The translations under genes and the position numbers were made by a program. Shown in pieces: positions 49,669 through 53,482 of a stretch of 53,482 nucleotides of DNA; the stretch's first letter is position 1; the number at the start of each line of letters is the position of its first letter. Source of the DNA: a virus. Taxonomy: Duplodnaviria; Caudoviricetes. Under the pieces are notes generated by a model. It was not told the origin of the DNA, did not search any database, and saw only the letters and a program-made list of their open reading frames with translations. The DNA lies in IMG/VR virus record IMGVR_UViG_3300022918_000002, positions 1-53,482 of that record, one strand, 5' to 3'.

Positions 49669-50313
49669 CTAATCTAAATCCGATAATAGCTTTTTATAAT
49701 ATTCAAACTTCTTTAAAACCTCTTGCAAACCGATACTACCGCCATTTACAGCCTTTCTAACGGCTTTTACGCTTGCATCATCACTATATAGCATCTTACC
49801 CCATAACTTAGCGTGTGTAAAGAAGAATATTGCTGATTCCCAAAAGTATTTTGTTACAACCAAATCAGGTTTTGTCATTATAGCGTTATCCTGGGTGTAT
49901 TTAGAGAAAGCTTTATAATTATCCCTAAAAGTTAATTGAATACCTCCACGCCCTCTAAAACGCCAACCATCCCCGCTTTCTACACTTCCATTCCCTACAC
50001 GATTCGCATAAGTATGATTCGCTATTAATTCAGGTTTCCCGCTTATCTTTTTGGCCAATGCATTTGGTTTACCGCTTAATGCATATCTTGATGGCCATGT
50101 TTTTGCTAATCCTGCACTACTATAATTTAGGTTCTCGTAAGCAACCGTAAAGTTTCCTGTTTCATTATCTACATTAGCCAATACATGTGTAAGCTGATTA
50201 TTGCTTATTCCCCAAACCGATTTCATTTTAAGTAATGTTTTTTTATCCAATGTGCCGGTGAGTGGTAATTTGTATTTCTCCTGAAATTCTATAATGTAAT
50301 TCATAAAATACAT
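49669..50313 (-). CDS. Endolysin, glycoside hydrolase family 19-like, with short N-terminal peptidoglycan-binding segment
   Basis: ETGNF...ENLNYS, YANRVGNG...DGWRFRGRGGIQLT...NY, VNGG..G; FQEKYKL..TG.LD..T. Start 50313 or 50304; promoter box TACCTTTG at 50335-50328. Confidence 0.9.
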   Translation of the reverse strand: MYFMNYIIEFQEKYKLPLTGTLDKKTLLKMKSVWGISNNQLTHVLANVDNETGNFTVAYENLNYSSAGLAKTWPSRYALSGKPNALAKKISGKPELIANHTYANRVGNGSVESGDGWRFRGRGGIQLTFRDNYKAFSKYTQDNAIMTKPDLVVTKYFWESAIFFFTHAKLWGKMLYSDDASVKAVRKAVNGGSIGLQEVLKKFEYYKKLLSDLD

Positions 50314-50380
50314 TTTAAAGTTAATTTCAAAGGTAATAAAAAACCCCGCTAATTGCATGGTAAATTGTTTTAGTACGGGT

Positions 50381-50444
50381 TCTGACGGAAATTACTTTCC
50401 ATTAGATTTTAAGTCTAACGTGGCTACCATTACACCATAGATGC
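50381..50444 (-). pseudogene. Truncated tRNA-Leu(UAA)
   Basis: Intact 5' acceptor strand, D-arm, anticodon arm TTAGA-CTTAAAA-TCTAA and long variable arm GGAAA-GTAA-TTTCC; no TTCGA T-loop or matching 3' acceptor strand. Confidence 0.75.
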
Positions 50445-50450
50445 ATATTG

Positions 50451-50522
50451 AGCAGGATAAAGGATTCGAACCTTTATTAACAGGGTCGTAACCTGTGATT
50501 TTATCCATTAAACTAATCCTGC
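50451..50522 (-). tRNA. tRNA-Arg(ACG)
   Basis: GCAGGAT/ATCCTGC acceptor, ACAGG-TTACGAC-CCTGT, AAAGG-TTCGAAT-CCTTT; A20 present; no encoded CCA. Confidence 0.9.
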
Positions 50523-50527
50523 CTTTG

Positions 50528-50601
50528 GGTGTTATAAGAGGATCGAACTCTTATCACGGGATTCACAGTCCCGCCGCTTAACCATTTAGCGTAATAACAC
50601 C
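50528..50601 (-). tRNA. tRNA-His(GUG)
   Basis: G-1/C73, GTGTTAT/ATAACAC, CGGGA-CTGTGAA-TCCCG, AAGAG-TTCGATC-CTCTT. Confidence 0.93.
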
Positions 50602-50608
50602 ATTTTAG

Positions 50609-50680
50609 TTTCAGATAATGGATTCGAACCATTACAACGAAAGTCAAAGTTTCGTATGCTAACCGTTACATCAATCTGAA
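50609..50680 (-). tRNA. tRNA-Gln(UUG)
   Basis: U1-A72 acceptor TTCAGAT/ATCTGAA, CGAAA-CTTTGAC-TTTCG, AATGG-TTCGAAT-CCATT. Confidence 0.92.
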
Positions 50681-50685
50681 TTTAG

Positions 50686-50758
50686 TCGAAAGCGGAGGGT
50701 TCGAACCTCGACCTCCTCGTTCCAAGTGAGGGATGCACGCCATTACAACACGCTCTCG
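50686..50758 (-). tRNA. tRNA-Pro(UGG), atypical
   Basis: Anticodon loop CTTGGAA, T-loop TTCGAAC; best fold by hand has an 8-bp acceptor and 4-bp T stem, with mismatches in the D and anticodon stems. Confidence 0.8.
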
Positions 50759-50772
50759 AATTATATTTAAAT

Positions 50773-50798
50773 AAAAAAACCTCCCGTAAAGGAGGTTT
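50773..50798 (-). terminator. Attenuator terminator upstream of the tRNA cluster
   Basis: AAACCTCC-TTTACG-GGAGGTTTTTTT, ending 14 nt before tRNA-Pro. Confidence 0.88.
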
Positions 50799-50826
50799 GC
50801 TATATTATATATGTTATCTCACATAC

Positions 50827-50898
50827 TTATACGCCTATACCTCCTGATAAATTATCGGGTTGTAAAAGTCGTTGAGTATGTAACATAGTTGTTTTCAT
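50827..50898 (-). CDS. Leader peptide of the tRNA-operon attenuator (MKTTMLHTQRLLQPDNLSGGIGV)
   Basis: ATG 5 nt downstream of TATATTTG (probably leaderless); contains AGGAGGT complementary to the terminator 5' arm; stop codon 28 nt before the terminator. Confidence 0.75.
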   Translation of the reverse strand: MKTTMLHTQRLLQPDNLSGGIGV

Positions 50899-50902
50899 GC
50901 AG

Positions 50903-50910
50903 CAAATATA
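50903..50910 (-). promoter_or_regulatory. Bacteroidota -7 promoter box for the tRNA operon
   Basis: TATATTTG matches the TAnnTTTG consensus. Confidence 0.75.
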
Positions 50911-50942
50911 CAAATGTTTTTTAATAATCCTACTTTATATTT

Positions 50943-51257
50943 TTAATCGGTTTTATTAGGCAGGTTATCAAGCGTTTTAAACGCTTCATCTGTTTGACGT
51001 TTTATTCTGTGCTGTTCAGCATTTTTCATTGCCTGTATAGCCTTAATTTTAGCTTTATCGACGATAACATTAGTTTCTTTTAACTGCTGTAAAACTTTAT
51101 CTGATGGCATAGTTTCAGGCAAAACAAACATAGATGTATCCATTGCGGCTTCAGTCTTCACAGGCGTATTATTTATGCTGTCATTCACAGGCTTATCTTG
51201 CTTAACTGTTGAGCTTCCGAAAAACATGAATAACCCTAATATTAATAAATTTTTCAT
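50943..51257 (-). CDS. Signal-peptide/membrane-anchored protein (lysis region)
   Basis: MKNLLILGLFMFFGSS followed by a polar/helical region. Confidence 0.6.
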   Translation of the reverse strand: MKNLLILGLFMFFGSSTVKQDKPVNDSINNTPVKTEAAMDTSMFVLPETMPSDKVLQQLKETNVIVDKAKIKAIQAMKNAEQHRIKRQTDEAFKTLDNLPNKTD

Positions 51258-51261
51258 GTGA

Positions 51262-51669
51262 TTAGTTTTTTTGTATTTGTATTGTTTTCTGCAAAATAAT
51301 ATCTGTTTGTTTTACACCCCGGCGCAACTGGTTTAATTCTGACTGCATTTCTGCGGCACGCTGTTCATCCCTTTGGCGTTGTTCTTCTTTATACTCGCTT
51401 AATAGGCCGTTTAACCTATCAACTATTTTAACTTTATCGTCTGCGCAATCTTTCAGACTACTAATGTACTGATTACGCTCCTGTTCTCTTTTTATTTCAG
51501 AAATGTTTAACGCTAATTCCAATTCCTTAACACGGGTACGGGCGTAGTTATCCCTGGTTTCATAGAATAAAATAATAGCAAATGGCAAAGCAACCATGAA
51601 TGCACCCGCACGTTTGGCGGCAGGCAGTTTCATTATTTCCCTGAATAATTCTAAAAAGGTCTTTTGCAT
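51262..51669 (-). CDS. Single-TM coiled-coil protein (holin/antiholin or i-spanin-like)
   Basis: TM segment AGAFMVALPFAIILFY, then a long coiled coil. Confidence 0.55.
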   Translation of the reverse strand: MQKTFLELFREIMKLPAAKRAGAFMVALPFAIILFYETRDNYARTRVKELELALNISEIKREQERNQYISSLKDCADDKVKIVDRLNGLLSEYKEEQRQRDEQRAAEMQSELNQLRRGVKQTDIILQKTIQIQKN

Positions 51670-51692
51670 ACTTCAAAAGTAAGCAAAACATT

Positions 51693-52085
51693 TCAATATA
51701 GTTTAGCGAGTTTGCCAACGGATAGCGCAACGAATACCGAATCTATAATAGTTACGATGTAAACAAAGTAAATATCTGCATCCCATTCAGAAACCCTGTA
51801 AATAGTATTTACTATCCATAAAGCCACCAAGCAGTAATATGAGAGCCATGCGGTAAATTTCCATTTCTTACAGCAACAAAGCATATACAAAAGCACGATA
51901 CCACTAACACATGAAAGCTGATTATTAATCAAATCTATCTTTGTTAACCAAGCAGGTTCTTCTTTGAAATACCAGTAACGAATAAAAACAGCCGCCCCAA
52001 AAAGGTTAAGCTCCATTAATAGCAAAGGGACAAACCGAGTGTAATTACTCAATTTGTCCCCTAATTTTATTAGCAGGCTAACCAT
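51693..52085 (-). CDS. Four-TM membrane protein
   Basis: Four hydrophobic segments. Confidence 0.65.
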   Translation of the reverse strand: MVSLLIKLGDKLSNYTRFVPLLLMELNLFGAAVFIRYWYFKEEPAWLTKIDLINNQLSCVSGIVLLYMLCCCKKWKFTAWLSYYCLVALWIVNTIYRVSEWDADIYFVYIVTIIDSVFVALSVGKLAKLY

Positions 52086-52336
52086 TAACGTGGAAACATT
52101 TTTCTGTCTTTACGGATAGGATAAGTGCCATCTGCAGGTACATAAGTAACTAATCCTGTGTTAACAATATCTGCATCCTGCAATACAAAAGGCTCTGTTG
52201 TGTAAGGTGCAGGAACATCGGTATAAGTTAAGTATATATCGGTAGGCTGTTCGTCAAGAAAGAAAGCCACTTCTAAGCCGTCTTTAGCTAATTTGTAAGC
52301 TGATTTTTTACTGATTTTTAAAACATTGTTAGGCAT
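52085..52336 (-). CDS. Hypothetical protein
   Basis: 83 aa ORF overlapping its neighbours. Confidence 0.6.
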   Translation of the reverse strand: MPNNVLKISKKSAYKLAKDGLEVAFFLDEQPTDIYLTYTDVPAPYTTEPFVLQDADIVNTGLVTYVPADGTYPIRKDRKMFPR

Positions 52337-52511
52337 AAATTCTAAGGTATAAGTAAGTAAATATTGAAATTGTAAATATTGGGGCGAATATCATAAATGC
52401 ATAAGCATACTTTCTATTTAAACCCATGTAATCGGTAATATTAGTTATAGCGTTTTGGGTGCTTAACGCTATCAGTTTTTCGTACATAGTTTTTAGTTTC
52501 TTGATTTTCAT
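52329..52511 (-). CDS. Small single-TM protein
   Basis: C-terminal hydrophobic helix; promoter box TATATTTG at 52569-52562. Confidence 0.55.
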   Translation of the reverse strand: MKIKKLKTMYEKLIALSTQNAITNITDYMGLNRKYAYAFMIFAPIFTISIFTYLYLRIYA

Positions 52512-52579
52512 TTATAAAATGGCATCCACCTGACCAAATAATCACTATGAATGCGGCGATGCAAATATAGCAGAAACGT

Positions 52580-52960
52580 TTAAAGTTTTTCATTTTTATT
52601 GTCGGCTATATTAGTTTTTAAATCAATAACCTTTTGTATTTGGGTTTCTGTTTTACTAAATATACCCTGTAAAATAGACGACCCTGTATAGCCTACAAAA
52701 ACAAAAAAGAATTTAAGCCATTTCGCTACTGATGGTTTTAAAGCCAGTAATTCATCGAGCACAAATATAGCAACGAATACAGTAATGAAAGAACCTACTA
52801 TCGTAAGCCAGTCGTTCTTTAAATATTCAGATACGCTAAATTGTGTGTTTGCTGTTTGAGCCCTTTTTTTCATTGCCGGTAACTTAAGTAGGAATACATG
52901 GCAAAGTATGCCAATAACGCCACCAATAAAGCAATCTAAATATATTATACCTGTAGTCAT
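52580..52960 (-). CDS. Holin candidate (3 TM)
   Basis: Three TM segments, GYTGSS motif, charged C-terminus; late operon upstream of the endolysin. Confidence 0.6.
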   Translation of the reverse strand: MTTGIIYLDCFIGGVIGILCHVFLLKLPAMKKRAQTANTQFSVSEYLKNDWLTIVGSFITVFVAIFVLDELLALKPSVAKWLKFFFVFVGYTGSSILQGIFSKTETQIQKVIDLKTNIADNKNEKL

Positions 52961-52972
52961 AATTGTTAGTTT

Positions 52973-53386
52973 TTAAGTAAATTTAAACCATTCGCCTCTA
53001 TGTAATCTAAAAGCTATGAGAATAATTAACAAGCCTAATATTGATATTATACCCGCTACGCCTGCAATACTGTAAGTAGGCAATAATTTAAGGACAACAT
53101 AGCTTAATATAATAGAGGGTATCGCAGCAAACCCCATGTAATAAACTTCCCATACGTCAACTTTTTCTCCTGTAGTTTTGTACTGCCAGTTATCCCTAAC
53201 GCTTTGCCCTATGCAATTGAATATTATTGTCAGAATAAAGGCAGGCAATAAAGTTAATATCCTGTTGCCCTCGTACAAATCAACACCTAAAGCCATAGCA
53301 AATAACACACCTGCGTTTATAATTTGCCCTGTTCCTGTACCTAATATAAGGTTTTTGTAATACTGTTTTTTAATGAAATTGCTCAT
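52973..53386 (-). CDS. Four-TM membrane protein
   Basis: 137 aa with four hydrophobic segments; follows ORF 37..423 across the circular junction. Confidence 0.65.
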   Translation of the reverse strand: MSNFIKKQYYKNLILGTGTGQIINAGVLFAMALGVDLYEGNRILTLLPAFILTIIFNCIGQSVRDNWQYKTTGEKVDVWEVYYMGFAAIPSIILSYVVLKLLPTYSIAGVAGIISILGLLIILIAFRLHRGEWFKFT

Positions 53387-53482
53387 AATATTTATTCTTT
53401 TGCTGTTACTAATACATCAACCGTTGCTCCCTGCACCGGTACGACCGCACCAAGTAAAACCTCAACGCCCAACAAAGTTACA
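53356..53482. repeat. Terminal direct repeat, identical to 1..127
   Basis: Direct sequence identity. Confidence 0.97.

Noticed and set aside
53356-53482. 127-bp terminal repeat as a biological direct terminal repeat
   Set aside because: 127 is a common assembler k-mer size and the repeat cuts through coding sequence, so it is best read as a circular assembly overlap.
1-53482. Genome-wide stop-codon reassignment, prompted by the TGA in the tail gene
   Set aside because: Genes are intact under the standard code, TGA serves as a normal stop in ATGA overlaps, and no suppressor tRNA is present.

Overview
This window is a complete, circularly assembled dsDNA phage genome of about 53.36 kb (bases 1-127 repeat at 53356-53482). 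It is siphovirus-like and probably infects a Bacteroidota (Flavobacterium-type) host, judged from many TAnnTTTG promoter boxes, A-rich start regions and a signal peptide ending before Gln. Almost all genes are on the minus strand: terminase/portal/capsid/tail (22.5 kb down to 0), small early/accessory ORFs (22.6-35 kb, 44-46.7 kb), a recombination/replication/methyltransferase block (35-44 kb), and a lysis/membrane block with a tRNA cluster (46.9-53.4 kb) interrupted by one plus-strand operon. No integrase, DNA polymerase, reverse transcriptase or CRISPR array was recognised. The most striking signal is a five-tRNA operon (Pro, Gln, His, Arg, truncated Leu) behind what looks like a ribosome-dependent attenuator. 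Its unannotated 23-codon leader has a core (L-H-T-Q-R-L-L-Q-P) that contains all five amino acids of the downstream tRNAs, suggesting tRNA expression that switches on when decoding of those codons fails. Other notable signals: four promoter-proximal kissing-loop/terminator leaders with different but self-complementary loops, a probable UGA read-through extension of the major tail protein, a C5 methyltransferase with motif IX in a nested alternative frame, and tail-fibre-like proteins with export signals. All protein calls come from motif recognition by eye, not database searches.
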